This document shows, in pieces, positions 18,661-28,964 of a stretch of DNA of 64,000 bases (the first letter of the stretch is position 1; each line of letters begins with the position of its first letter). The notes beneath the pieces are model-generated. The model had not been told where the DNA came from and did not search any database. It saw only the letters and a program-made list of their open reading frames with translations. Location: NCBI GenBank assembly GCA_021513715.1, contig CP084167.1:1568001-1632000 (forward strand). The letters are read 5' to 3'. This DNA comes from Candidatus Heimdallarchaeum endolithica (GTDB lineage Archaea > Asgardarchaeota > Heimdallarchaeia > Heimdallarchaeales > Heimdallarchaeaceae). A program made the position numbers and the translations under genes.

Positions 18661-19761
18661 TTATTCGTCAGTAAACATATTTTCAAACTTCTTAAGAACC
18701 TCAGGTAAAGTTGTATATTCCATTTCACTTAACGGTAATCTGCTTGGTTCAAAAGGTCCATGTGCTCTAATATAATCTGCAATTTCATTTGCCCTTCTTC
18801 TGACATGATCAAAAGAAACATCATCAAACAAATCAACAGGACCAACTATTTTTCCATTTTTCAATTGGAAACCTAAACTAACTACTCTTGGAGGACCGTC
18901 AAATCTACCATTTTGGCTATATTCAAGGCTAACAGGCATTAATGGGCCTCTATGACTTCCTCTCATCCATCCTGAAACAAGATGTCCAAGTGTAAAAGCT
19001 TCTAAAACTTCTCCCACTGCAGGAAAGCCACTTTGAGATCTCACAACAGCTACTGGATCATCCTTTCCAACATATTTTCCTGCAATAAGAGAAAGTTTGT
19101 CTGTTGATATTACTGCAGCTTGACCCAACTCTTCATTTTTAGAGAACACTGATTTGATAACATAATGACCTGGAGCACCGACTAGTGCCAGCAGATCATA
19201 CATCTGTTCTGGACAAGAAAGACTTAGATATTTATTATGATATATGTCCATTATATTGAACTTAAATCCTTCATGTAATTTCGGATCGATCACTAGTCCA
19301 GCAGTATTAAATGGGTTAGCAAAAATGTTGAAAATAGGATAATTAAAAGCCCCTGGTTCTGTTTTATCCATTGCAAATACAATGATTGGTTCTGCAGGCC
19401 TTTCTTCTATTTCCATTTCAGCTACCCCAGGGCCCATTCCTTTGACATTTCCTGAAAAGGTATCAGTAAGAAGATCTTGCCCGGCACCATATAGACCATA
19501 TTCTCTTGCATCCTTTCCAAGATCCATGAAAATATCCCAAGCTAATTTATGAATTTCCTCACTATTGACACCTTTTTCATGCGTCATAAGTAAGTTAGTA
19601 TCATCCCCTGCATTAAAGACCATAAAATCAATAAGCAGTCCATTCTCCTTTGCTTTTTCTAGAAGCTCTTCTGCCTTTTCCATTAATGGTTCATAGACAA
19701 CCACATGTCCAGGTGAAGAACCTATATCTGCTTTAATTAAACTAATTGTTGTTTTAGTCAT
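18661..19761 (-). CDS. fbp: Bifunctional fructose-1,6-bisphosphate aldolase/phosphatase (class V)
   Basis: IKADIG..PGH, GLYGAGQDLL, DKTEPGAFN, YVGKDDP, GWMRGSH. Confidence 0.95.
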   Translation of the reverse strand: MTKTTISLIKADIGSSPGHVVVYEPLMEKAEELLEKAKENGLLIDFMVFNAGDDTNLLMTHEKGVNSEEIHKLAWDIFMDLGKDAREYGLYGAGQDLLTDTFSGNVKGMGPGVAEMEIEERPAEPIIVFAMDKTEPGAFNYPIFNIFANPFNTAGLVIDPKLHEGFKFNIMDIYHNKYLSLSCPEQMYDLLALVGAPGHYVIKSVFSKNEELGQAAVISTDKLSLIAGKYVGKDDPVAVVRSQSGFPAVGEVLEAFTLGHLVSGWMRGSHRGPLMPVSLEYSQNGRFDGPPRVVSLGFQLKNGKIVGPVDLFDDVSFDHVRRRANEIADYIRAHGPFEPSRLPLSEMEYTTLPEVLKKFENMFTDE

Positions 19762-19915
19762 AAAATATCACCTTATATTAACAATTTTTAATATGTATTC
19801 GACACCCGTAGCCTATATAAACTTTCTCCAATAACGATACACTACTCTGGAAAAGTCAACAAATAAAGAGAAGAAGACCAATAAAGGATAAATATGAGAA
19901 AAAAAGAGAAGAAAA

Positions 19916-20809
19916 TCACAAAAGATCTACAAGATCTGAAGATCCACCTATAAAACCAATTTTCTGATGCAAATAGTCCATTTCAGTTAGCCTATCTGGT
20001 TCTAGTGGAGGAGCAGTTTCAAGAGAAAGGATTTCCTTATCCTTTGTGATATAATAGCCTTTACCATTTACTTTTGAAAGGATGTATAAGTAAGGCAAAA
20101 TTTCATAGCACAGTCTCAATTTTGGTGAAAAATAGGCAAAAACACCAGTTTTATCAAGTATATTGTTCATATCTTGAACTAGACACCCTCCATATCGCAG
20201 TTTTCCAACCTTTTTGATTTTATTCACAAAGTTTTTTTCTTTTTCTGAAAATTCTTCTTCTTTTCCACCAAAACCATAAACTGGCTTTGAGCTTGGGGAT
20301 ATAGACAAAGTGTCTTTTAGTACAATGAATTCACCTTCAGCACGAATAAACTGAAGATAACCAGCTTCTGTAGCCAAATCAAAGCGTAAGAACAAAGTAT
20401 AACTTACAGTTATAGCTGCTTTGATATTTCCTTGTTTATCTATGATGAGAATAATTCCACCCGGACCTCTAGATCTTACTATTGAAGAACCGTCTATAAA
20501 ATCTCCCAGAATGATAAATTCTCCTGTTCCTTTTACTATATTTTCTGGTGTTGTTTCTTCTCCTAAAAGAAGATAGTAATCTTCTTTTGGAAGTTTTTGC
20601 AAGAACAATTCGTGCGATGCAACATCCAAGCTCAGTTGCATATCTCCAGAGACATTTATTGTTCCAGCATAATCTTTTTCTTCCTTCATAAAACTTAGAA
20701 TTTGTTTTGGTATCTCTAGTGTCACTTCCAGAATATCTTTTATTAGTTTTGATAAAGATACATCTAATTTTGCCAGATATTCATCTAAAGTTGAATATTT
20801 TTCTTTCAT
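19916..20809 (-). CDS. Divergent class I fructose-1,6-bisphosphatase-like (FIG superfamily) protein
   Basis: NVSGD.Q..LDV, GEE, DFIDGSS, LRYGGCLVQD, KLRLCYE..P. Confidence 0.78.
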   Translation of the reverse strand: MKEKYSTLDEYLAKLDVSLSKLIKDILEVTLEIPKQILSFMKEEKDYAGTINVSGDMQLSLDVASHELFLQKLPKEDYYLLLGEETTPENIVKGTGEFIILGDFIDGSSIVRSRGPGGIILIIDKQGNIKAAITVSYTLFLRFDLATEAGYLQFIRAEGEFIVLKDTLSISPSSKPVYGFGGKEEEFSEKEKNFVNKIKKVGKLRYGGCLVQDMNNILDKTGVFAYFSPKLRLCYEILPYLYILSKVNGKGYYITKDKEILSLETAPPLEPDRLTEMDYLHQKIGFIGGSSDLVDLL

Positions 20810-20819
20810 TTCAATCCCT

Positions 20820-21989
20820 TCAGTAAGTATCTGATAGATTATTAGAAGTGATGTGTTGATAACAAAGTTCTGCTGTGTTTTCCATTTTTAGAGCATTAAT
20901 GAACTTCAACATTTCTTCTTCAGCTTTTTCAATAATTTTTTCTTTGGTATCTGTTTTTAAATTCTCAATTTTGTTGAAAAATGGTTTCCAAGCTCTTTTT
21001 GCATTAGAAGCAAATATTTTATGCTCATCAACACCTTCTTTCATATATTTTTCAAGTACCCATGTACGCATTTCTGAATAGAGTTCCGGCTCATATTCTT
21101 CTAAAACAGAGTAAACAACATTTTGCCAGTGTGTGCCTATATTCCCTTTAGCTACATCTCCATGCGGAAATGTTGATTCTATAACATCAATTGGTGTCCC
21201 AGTTATTCCATGTTGCGCGATTCTTGTGTTAAAACCTTCTTTTTTTAAGGCTTCAACAATTTCCATTGTTCGTTTGACATTAATTCCTAGTTGGGGAATA
21301 ATGTTACCTTCAGCGTCAACGTTTACTCCATGCTTTGAACCATTAGCAATGGCTAAATAATCTAAAAATACTCCATTCTCTTTCAGACTTTTTACATAAT
21401 AAGTAGCTTCCTCAACTGTAGTGTACTCTGTAATCCCTATTTCTCCAACTTCACCTTCTAAACCATAATCTCTTCCTTTCATCTGTTCTTCTAGAAATTC
21501 AAATAAGACTAATCCCTTCTTAATAATTTGTTCTAGTTGTCCTTTAACGCTAGGTTGAGTTCTATCAAAAAGAAAGGATGTATCAATGGCAAATCCAGTA
21601 AAGCCTGCCTTCACTCTTGCTTCAATTTCTTTTTTTACTGTTTTCATTTCTTCATCTGTACCTTTTTTTACTGTAAGGTGGTCAGCATGCAATGCATATG
21701 CAAACCATTTTTCTTTTTCTGCTGCGTTTTTACACCTTTTAGCGAAGAGTTCAGGAGTATAACCAGTGTATCCTCCTGAAATTGACATTTCACTTAATGC
21801 TAATTCAAAAATTACAACTGCATTCTTTTGTTTGGATGCCCTTAGAACTCCTCGAATTACTTCTTCTGTTGCTCTAGGATTAATGGCAGCTATTATTGAG
21901 TTGCTATTTAATGTTCCTTTAGCAACATAATTTAGCGGTAATGGAGATCTTGGATTTTCAAAATAGGATATTACTTCTTCACTTGTCAT
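20820..21989 (-). CDS. Class II fructose-bisphosphate aldolase family protein
   Basis: LHADH, AIDTS, EGEVGEIG, ANGSKHG, AQHGITG, KGNIGT. Confidence 0.88.
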   Translation of the reverse strand: MTSEEVISYFENPRSPLPLNYVAKGTLNSNSIIAAINPRATEEVIRGVLRASKQKNAVVIFELALSEMSISGGYTGYTPELFAKRCKNAAEKEKWFAYALHADHLTVKKGTDEEMKTVKKEIEARVKAGFTGFAIDTSFLFDRTQPSVKGQLEQIIKKGLVLFEFLEEQMKGRDYGLEGEVGEIGITEYTTVEEATYYVKSLKENGVFLDYLAIANGSKHGVNVDAEGNIIPQLGINVKRTMEIVEALKKEGFNTRIAQHGITGTPIDVIESTFPHGDVAKGNIGTHWQNVVYSVLEEYEPELYSEMRTWVLEKYMKEGVDEHKIFASNAKRAWKPFFNKIENLKTDTKEKIIEKAEEEMLKFINALKMENTAELCYQHITSNNLSDTY

Positions 21990-22035
21990 TCTGAATAGAA
22001 AATATCATACCAATAATAACATTTTCGATATAAAA

Positions 22036-22145
22036 TAGTACTTCCGAATTATCTCAAAAAGTATGAATTGAGAACACGCCAATGATAGTATGAACGCCTA
22101 TAATTTTAACCTATAGAAATCGGTCAACTTATTGCGGAAGTACTA
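22036..22145. mobile_element. 110-bp MITE-like element
   Basis: Terminal inverted repeats TAGTACTTCCG...CGGAAGTACTA (11 bp perfect, about 16 bp imperfect). Intergenic and non-coding. Confidence 0.7.
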
Positions 22146-22173
22146 ATAAAGATGAGAAAATAAAAATTAAAGT

Positions 22174-22485
22174 TCAAACAAAAATAACTTCTTCTCGCAC
22201 CATTGTTTCTACATTTTGCATTTCCTTTGTCCACTCATGATAAAACTTCGAAATTTCTTCTTCACTACGTAGAAGCTTATTCAAATCTGTATAATCTTGT
22301 AACCAAAAAAGCCAAATGGAAGTCGCACCTATTCCTATCCCTCCACTTGCAGCAACGATTTCCCGTATCCAAAGAGCTTTCTCAACAAGTTCATGAAACT
22401 CTCTGACTTTTTTTGACAACTCACTACTAACCTCTTCAGGCCAATCAAACATGACAATATAATATATCCCTGGTTTTTTCGACAT
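22174..22485 (-). CDS. Small hypothetical protein (possible dimeric alpha/beta barrel)
   Basis: GGTG upstream of the start; protein-like composition. Confidence 0.6.
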   Translation of the reverse strand: MSKKPGIYYIVMFDWPEEVSSELSKKVREFHELVEKALWIREIVAASGGIGIGATSIWLFWLQDYTDLNKLLRSEEEISKFYHEWTKEMQNVETMVREEVIFV

Positions 22486-22625
22486 ACTATAGCACCTTTT
22501 AATAACAATATAGAAAACAAATTTAAAAAGAGTTCGAAATTATAATTACTATTACTAATTAGTTATTTTTTTAGTAATTTTTTTTCTTTAGCAAATATTA
22601 TTAACACTGAAAAAAACGATTCTCA

Positions 22626-23555
22626 ATGAAGTATGGAATAATTATCCACGGAGGAGCTTGGGATATTCCTGATGAATTAGTTGATAACCATTTAAATGGA
22701 ATAAATAACGCTTTAGAACTAGGTTACTCACTTCTTGAAGATAATAGTAATGCTATCGATATTGCTGAAAAAGTTATTGTTCTCTTGGAAAATGATCCTA
22801 CATTTGATGCTGGTAAAGGCTCTTTTTTAAATGCTTTAGGCAATGTTGAGATGGATGCCATAATTGCTACAGATAACTATAAAATTGGTTCTGTTGCAGC
22901 TCTAAATAATTACCCTAATCCCATAAAAATTGCAAGAGCAATATATGATTTCGATGGACCAGTGTTGTTAGTTGGAGAAGGTGCCAAAATTTTCGCAGAA
23001 CAATTTGGGTTCCAACAATGTAAAATAGAAGACTTGCTTGTAGGAAGAGAACTTAAGAGATATTTAAAATTAAAAAATGACAATTCTTTTGTTCCTAAAG
23101 ATGCTTTTAAACAAAAAACAAGAGGAACAGTCGGTACGGTTGTTTTAGATAAAAGAGGGAGAATAGCAGTAGCAGTTTCAACAGGAGGGACACCAAAAAA
23201 ACCTCCAGGGAGGGTTGGAGATACACCATTATTCGGTGCAGGAGCATATGTGGAAAAAAACAAATTAGGAGTTGCAGCAACAGGATATGGTGAGGATCTA
23301 ATTAAAGTCCTAATTTCGAGGAGGGTCCTTGATTTTTATGATAGAGGGTATAACCCTCTAGAATCTACTGAGCAAGCTATATCTTTTCTTTCCAAAAGTG
23401 TTAAAGGTTTAGGAGGAGTTATCACTTTAGGAAAAGAAGGATTAGGATTAGCTTTTAATACCCCAAGAATGGTTTTCGGTGTTCAAACAGACGAGATTAA
23501 GAGTTTTATTGGAATTAATCAAAAAGACAGAGAAAAACTACTAAAACAGTTATAG
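22626..23555 (+). CDS. Isoaspartyl peptidase/L-asparaginase (Ntn hydrolase)
   Basis: IHGGA, FDAGKG, GTVG, STGG...PGRVGDTP, ATG.GE. Confidence 0.93.
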   Translation: MKYGIIIHGGAWDIPDELVDNHLNGINNALELGYSLLEDNSNAIDIAEKVIVLLENDPTFDAGKGSFLNALGNVEMDAIIATDNYKIGSVAALNNYPNPIKIARAIYDFDGPVLLVGEGAKIFAEQFGFQQCKIEDLLVGRELKRYLKLKNDNSFVPKDAFKQKTRGTVGTVVLDKRGRIAVAVSTGGTPKKPPGRVGDTPLFGAGAYVEKNKLGVAATGYGEDLIKVLISRRVLDFYDRGYNPLESTEQAISFLSKSVKGLGGVITLGKEGLGLAFNTPRMVFGVQTDEIKSFIGINQKDREKLLKQL

Positions 23556-23613
23556 AAGAATTTTTTTTAATTTTCTACACAAAAAATAAAAAAGACTTTC
23601 TCAACTCGTCTTT

Positions 23614-24438
23614 GTGAAAGAATTAACATTAATTTCATGGAATGTCAACGGTATTCGAGCTCTATCTAAAAAAGTAGTTTACAAAAATATGAACTTCAGA
23701 GAATGGGTACTATTTTACGCTCCGCATATTATTTGTATACAAGAAACTAAAGCATCTCAAGGACAAGTTCCTGCTTCAATAAGCATGATACCAGGTTATC
23801 ACACATATTGGAATTCAGCCTTTAGAAAAGGATATAGTGGTGTTTTGACCTATACTAAGGCCAGAGCTAGAAGTGTAAATAAAAATTTAGGAATTGAAAA
23901 ATTCGATATTGAAGGAAGAGTGTTGGAAACAGAATTTAAACACTTTGTACTCTTTAATGTTTATTTCCCAAATGGGAAGAGTAGTAAAGAGAGATTAGAT
24001 TACAAGATGGAATTCTATGACGTTTTCTTGGAATATATAGAAAAAGTAAGAAGTAAAGGAAAACCAATTATTGTATGTGGTGACGTAAACACAGCTCATA
24101 AGGAGATTGATTTAGCAAGACCAAAGGAAAATGAATCGATTTCTGGATTTTTACCTCAAGAAAGAAAGTGGATTACAAAACTTCTAGACTACGGGTATTA
24201 TGATACTTTTAGACTAATTAACGGGGACATACCAAACAAATATTCATGGTGGAGTATGAGGACTAGAGCTAGAGAGAGAAATGTGGGGTGGAGAATAGAT
24301 TATTTCTTTGTTTCTGAAGAGCTAAAGGATTCTGTAACTGACGCCTTTATTTTAGATAATATTTATGGTTCAGACCACTGTCCAATTGGAATAAATATAA
24401 AAATAAATCATAATTTAGAAAATAAAAAAAATGTTTAG
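23614..24438 (+). CDS. xth: Exodeoxyribonuclease III / AP endonuclease
   Basis: SWNVNGIRA, QETK, GDVNTAH, GWRIDY, GSDHCP. Confidence 0.95.
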   Translation: MKELTLISWNVNGIRALSKKVVYKNMNFREWVLFYAPHIICIQETKASQGQVPASISMIPGYHTYWNSAFRKGYSGVLTYTKARARSVNKNLGIEKFDIEGRVLETEFKHFVLFNVYFPNGKSSKERLDYKMEFYDVFLEYIEKVRSKGKPIIVCGDVNTAHKEIDLARPKENESISGFLPQERKWITKLLDYGYYDTFRLINGDIPNKYSWWSMRTRARERNVGWRIDYFFVSEELKDSVTDAFILDNIYGSDHCPIGINIKINHNLENKKNV

Positions 24439-24439
24439 G

Positions 24440-25531
24440 TCATTTTTTTTGAATTTTCCTTTTTGCTGCTTCAATCAACCCTACAGGCCCAGTCATCATT
24501 ACATCTCCAGAAGGAGAGGCAAAGTGTATAGGAATTGAAGCTTTTTCCAAGAGTTTTCTTTTAGGGCCTGTAGCTGCTACAATTTCAATATCCTCCCATT
24601 TTATATTATTGTCGAGATAAACTACTCCGTGCCCTCCTTCATTAAAAACTGTCTCATTATTCAGCTTCCCATTAGAGAGAGCTATTATTTCATTTACTAA
24701 CTGTTCAGTTGAGAGCATATGTGTGTGATGCTCCATTATTGCTTTAATTTCATTATCGTGGATAACTGTGACCATTGTATGTGAATTTCCCACATCCATA
24801 GCAACAACTTTCTTTTTAGAAAAAACTATTGGGTCATTCATTGCGCCTAGAATAGCTGCTGCAGAAGTATCCATTACTAAAGACCCAAATTTGGTTTTGT
24901 GTTTTCTATTATAGTTTTGTACTTCTCTTACTACAGAATTCATTCTTAAAAAAGGATCAGGGATTTCATTTTCTAAAAAAGCTAGTGTCCAAGGATAAGG
25001 AGAGTCATGTAAGATCTTTTCTATTAACCTTATTCTAAATTTTCTATCACTTATTCCAGGTGGGGCTTTTCCGTGGTCAAGTACTGCTACTGCGATTGTT
25101 TCTATATCAGAGAAATTTTCTTCTAACTTTGAGAAAATAGAAAAAATTTCTTCCAAAAAGACTTCATGCAAGTTAATATGCTCAGTTTTTGAAAGATGAT
25201 CTACTGTTTCAATATCTGAAAAAACATTTACTCCAAGAGCTTTAACTTCTTCTATTTTATTTCTAATACTTAAAGCAGTATTAATATTCATATAGACCTT
25301 ATTACCAGTTTTAATGTGATTCTTAATAGCTTTTGTAAAAGCTCCCCCACCTATTGTTTCTCCACAAATAACAAGATCTTTTCTCTTTTCTGTAACTTTT
25401 TTTATTTTCTTTGCAAAAATTTGTGTTGGTGAAGGAAAAACTAGTTTAATATTATTTTCTATATTTTTTTCTGAATCATATAGCAATATATCTTGTGTCC
25501 CTGCTCCAATGTCAATTGCTAGAATTTTCAT
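24440..25531 (-). CDS. DUF1786 family protein
   Basis: DIGAGTQD, PSPT, DHG, MDT, GNSHT, EHHT, GGHG, GD.MMTG. Confidence 0.85.
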   Translation of the reverse strand: MKILAIDIGAGTQDILLYDSEKNIENNIKLVFPSPTQIFAKKIKKVTEKRKDLVICGETIGGGAFTKAIKNHIKTGNKVYMNINTALSIRNKIEEVKALGVNVFSDIETVDHLSKTEHINLHEVFLEEIFSIFSKLEENFSDIETIAVAVLDHGKAPPGISDRKFRIRLIEKILHDSPYPWTLAFLENEIPDPFLRMNSVVREVQNYNRKHKTKFGSLVMDTSAAAILGAMNDPIVFSKKKVVAMDVGNSHTMVTVIHDNEIKAIMEHHTHMLSTEQLVNEIIALSNGKLNNETVFNEGGHGVVYLDNNIKWEDIEIVAATGPKRKLLEKASIPIHFASPSGDVMMTGPVGLIEAAKRKIQKK

Positions 25532-25625
25532 TAAGATCCTTTCCAATTTTTAGATGGACATCTTTTATCCACTATGTTTAAAAACAAGTTGGTCTATGTA
25601 TCATAAACATATTGGAGAGATAAAT

Positions 25626-26879
25626 ATGGGAACAATTTATGATGGTTTAGAGGAAATCGGTCCTCATTTTGAACTTAGTGAAACTCATAAAATGGTTAGA
25701 CAGAGTGTAAGAGAATTTGCTGAAAAAGAAATAGCCCCTTACGTAAAAGAGTGGGATCAAGCACATGAATTTCATAAACCAATATTGAAAAAAATGGCTG
25801 AACAAGGTATACTTGGTATATCCCTACCAGTTAAATATGGAGGCGGAGGACTAGATTATATATCACTAGCTATTGCATGTGAAGAACTCGAAAGAATAGA
25901 CACTTCAATGAGAGTAATTTTGTCTGTCCATAATGGATTATGCTCCTCAACAATTTTCCAATGGGGAAATAAGGAACAAAAGGAAAAATACTTACCAAAA
26001 CTTGCAACTGGAGAAGTAATCGGAACATTCGGATTGACAGAACCAGCTGCGGGAAGTGACCCTGCAGGCATAAAATCTCGTTGTAGAAAAGAAGGAGATG
26101 AATGGGTAATTAACGGAGAGAAAATGTGGATCTCGTACACAAATTCATCTGATGTTTTTCTAATTTTTGCTTATGAGGAAGACGTCAAACATAAGGGTAT
26201 GAGAGCTTTTATCGTTGAACGAGCTTTTGGAGGAGTAACGACAGGAAATATTGAACACAAAATGGGTGTCCGTGCTGGCGAAACAGGTTGGATTCATCTT
26301 GATGAAGTTAGAGTCCCTTCTGAAAACCTATTGGGCGAACCTGAAGAAGGATTTAAGATTGCAATGTCTTCTTTAGATTGGGGAAGATATACTGTTGGAG
26401 CTGGAGCTGTAGGTGGTGCTAAAGCCTCACTTGAAGCTTCTGTTGCTTATGCAAATGAGCGAGAAACATTCGGAAAGAAAATTGGACAGCATCAATTTAT
26501 TCAAGGAATGATTGCAGATATGGTTGCTGATATTGAAGCTGCTGAACTACTAGTTTGGAAAGCAGGGTGGGTAAAGAATCAAGGTAAAATAAATACAAGA
26601 GAGACATCTCTATCAAAATGGTATGCTACTAACGCGGCAGTTCGATGTGCAGATAGAGCCATACAAATTCATGGTGCATATGGATTCTGCGATGATTACC
26701 CTGTAGCACGTTATTATAGAAACGTTAGAGGAGCAACAATTTATGAAGGAAGCAATGAAATACAGAAAATAATTCAGGCTAGATACGCTCTTGGATACTT
26801 CAAAGACAAACCTTTACGTTGCATGCCTCCTAAGTATGATCCTGAAGAATGGATGAATCCAGATACTGATAAATACTAA
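25626..26879 (+). CDS. Acyl-CoA dehydrogenase
   Basis: FGLTEPAAGSD, NGEKMWIS, QIHGAYG, IYEGSNEIQ. Confidence 0.95.
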   Translation: MGTIYDGLEEIGPHFELSETHKMVRQSVREFAEKEIAPYVKEWDQAHEFHKPILKKMAEQGILGISLPVKYGGGGLDYISLAIACEELERIDTSMRVILSVHNGLCSSTIFQWGNKEQKEKYLPKLATGEVIGTFGLTEPAAGSDPAGIKSRCRKEGDEWVINGEKMWISYTNSSDVFLIFAYEEDVKHKGMRAFIVERAFGGVTTGNIEHKMGVRAGETGWIHLDEVRVPSENLLGEPEEGFKIAMSSLDWGRYTVGAGAVGGAKASLEASVAYANERETFGKKIGQHQFIQGMIADMVADIEAAELLVWKAGWVKNQGKINTRETSLSKWYATNAAVRCADRAIQIHGAYGFCDDYPVARYYRNVRGATIYEGSNEIQKIIQARYALGYFKDKPLRCMPPKYDPEEWMNPDTDKY

Positions 26880-26941
26880 TTTAAATTTTTTATTTTTTCA
26901 CAAAAAGATTAAATACCTTTTTTTTTTTTTTAAGTACTACA

Positions 26942-27589
26942 ATGCCAGGAGAATACTTTGCCTATATCTTTGATTTTAAAGAGAAAAGAATATGCGAGAT
27001 TTTAAAATCAAACTATGAAATATTTTCAAAACATATTCAATATTTAAAAAATGTAAAAGAGTTAGGAAAATTACAAGTTGCTGGAATAACACAACAAAAA
27101 GAAAAAGAGGTAATTTTGCTTAATGTTCAAGATGAAAAGCTAGCAGAAGCAATCTTTTTGAATGATCCTTTAAGAAAATCCAACTTTTTTTGCTCATATT
27201 TTTATCGAGCAAATATCTCACATCAATCAATATCTTTTTTATGTAAACACAATAAAGACTGTAAAAATGAGGAAATTTTAGAGAATTATAAAAAAACAAA
27301 AACAAAGTTTTTCTTAAGTTTTTTTAGAAAAAATAGGAATATTCCCAGTAGTTCTGTTATTACACAGTTAGATATATTGCATGAGCATCACGAGTATGTG
27401 AAGGAAAAGACTCTTTCTAATAAGTTCATAATAACAGGTTTAATTAATGATGAAAAAATTGGAAATATTACTCTTATATATGCTGAAGATATCGATGAAG
27501 CTACTTTCCTTTTAAAAAATGATTCCATAATTTCCAAAAAACTTTTTGATTTTGAAGTATATCCATTTAATATTCTACTGGTTGGATAA
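26942..27589 (+). CDS. Tandem YciI-like domain protein
   Basis: Two repeats of H..Y+....G....G...A..+..ND(P/S). Confidence 0.65.
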   Translation: MPGEYFAYIFDFKEKRICEILKSNYEIFSKHIQYLKNVKELGKLQVAGITQQKEKEVILLNVQDEKLAEAIFLNDPLRKSNFFCSYFYRANISHQSISFLCKHNKDCKNEEILENYKKTKTKFFLSFFRKNRNIPSSSVITQLDILHEHHEYVKEKTLSNKFIITGLINDEKIGNITLIYAEDIDEATFLLKNDSIISKKLFDFEVYPFNILLVG

Positions 27590-27606
27590 AAAAAGAATAG
27601 AACGCA

Positions 27607-28890
27607 TTATTTATCGGCAATACGTTCTTTACCCACTAATGGAATTAGAAAGATAATTGGAATAAGTCCTAAAATGTAAATTCCTCCAGTTACTAGAAAG
27701 TTTAATCTAAAATTGTAAGGTTCAACATCACCAACTAGATATCCACCAATAACAGCACTTACATTCCAAAATAGACCCCATGCAATTGCTTCTAGACTAT
27801 TCCATTTCGCTCTATTCTTTTTGTTAACAACGTCCATTAATATTGATCTTGAGAGTGGTTGTCCAGCGTTCATCAATGACCCTCTAGCGATGAAGATTGG
27901 GATTAAAATATATAAAGGAGGATATATTGCTATAACAAATAAACATATAGTTGCAATTAGTTGGAAAAGGAATAGTGCTTCTGCCCTCCCCTTTTTCAGT
28001 GAATATTTTTGTGCTAATAAAGCTGATAAACCTGTAAAAATAGCTGTTAACCCCATTATAATTTGCACAGAAATAGGAGGAAGTTCATATTGTTTCAAGA
28101 AAAATATGGGGAAGAATTTTATAGTCATTCCTGCACCAAAACCGATTATAACATTACTTACAACGAGTAAAATAGGAATTAACTTCATTGCTTTTTCAGC
28201 TGATAAGGGTAATCCAACTCCGTTTCTCTTTATCTCCTTTTGAGTTAATTCTTCAGGTATTGATTCACTTTCTTTGCCTAAACTTTTCTTATCACTGAAA
28301 AGGAATAAGAGAATTATTGATAATGCAGAAAAACTCATACCCAATATCATTACATTCTTCAAAATCGATAGTTCCCACTCGTTTCCAAATACTAAAAACA
28401 ATAAAACATTGAAAAATGGTCCTATTGCAGATGAAATTTGTCTTGCTAAATGTAACCAAGAATAAATTTTGGTTCTGGTGCCTGATTCTAGTGAATCAGC
28501 TATTAAAGCTTCTAAAGAAGGTCTAGTTAATGCTTGATATAAACCCCATAAAGAAAGTGCAACAAAAACATATACAATATTATTGCCAATTATAATAAGT
28601 AATAGACCAATTAAACCAGCTAAGGCTGCAGATCTCAGTAAAATGTCTCTTCTAAAACGATCTGCTAAAAATCCAGAAGGAAGAACAAAAATTGTCATGG
28701 TGATTCCTGTAGCAGCAGAGGTCCAGCCAAGCAATTTATTAGACTCTGATGTAAGAAAGAATATGTAGGCTGATAGAACATTTGACATCCATATTCCACG
28801 ACCAAAACTTTGTAGAATACTGTATCCAAATGCAAGTTTAATATTCGGATTCATTTTTCGAACTATTTCTGAGAAAGTCATTGATACCAC
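27607..28890 (-). CDS. MFS transporter
   Basis: About 12 TM segments; GFLADRFRR motif A. Confidence 0.9.
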   Translation of the reverse strand: MVSMTFSEIVRKMNPNIKLAFGYSILQSFGRGIWMSNVLSAYIFFLTSESNKLLGWTSAATGITMTIFVLPSGFLADRFRRDILLRSAALAGLIGLLLIIIGNNIVYVFVALSLWGLYQALTRPSLEALIADSLESGTRTKIYSWLHLARQISSAIGPFFNVLLFLVFGNEWELSILKNVMILGMSFSALSIILLFLFSDKKSLGKESESIPEELTQKEIKRNGVGLPLSAEKAMKLIPILLVVSNVIIGFGAGMTIKFFPIFFLKQYELPPISVQIIMGLTAIFTGLSALLAQKYSLKKGRAEALFLFQLIATICLFVIAIYPPLYILIPIFIARGSLMNAGQPLSRSILMDVVNKKNRAKWNSLEAIAWGLFWNVSAVIGGYLVGDVEPYNFRLNFLVTGGIYILGLIPIIFLIPLVGKERIADK

Positions 28891-28964
28891 AGTTTTCTAT
28901 TTCGTCAGCTATTGTTAAATAAAATCTTTTAACTCTTTTAAAAATTAATCGAAACGAACAAAAA

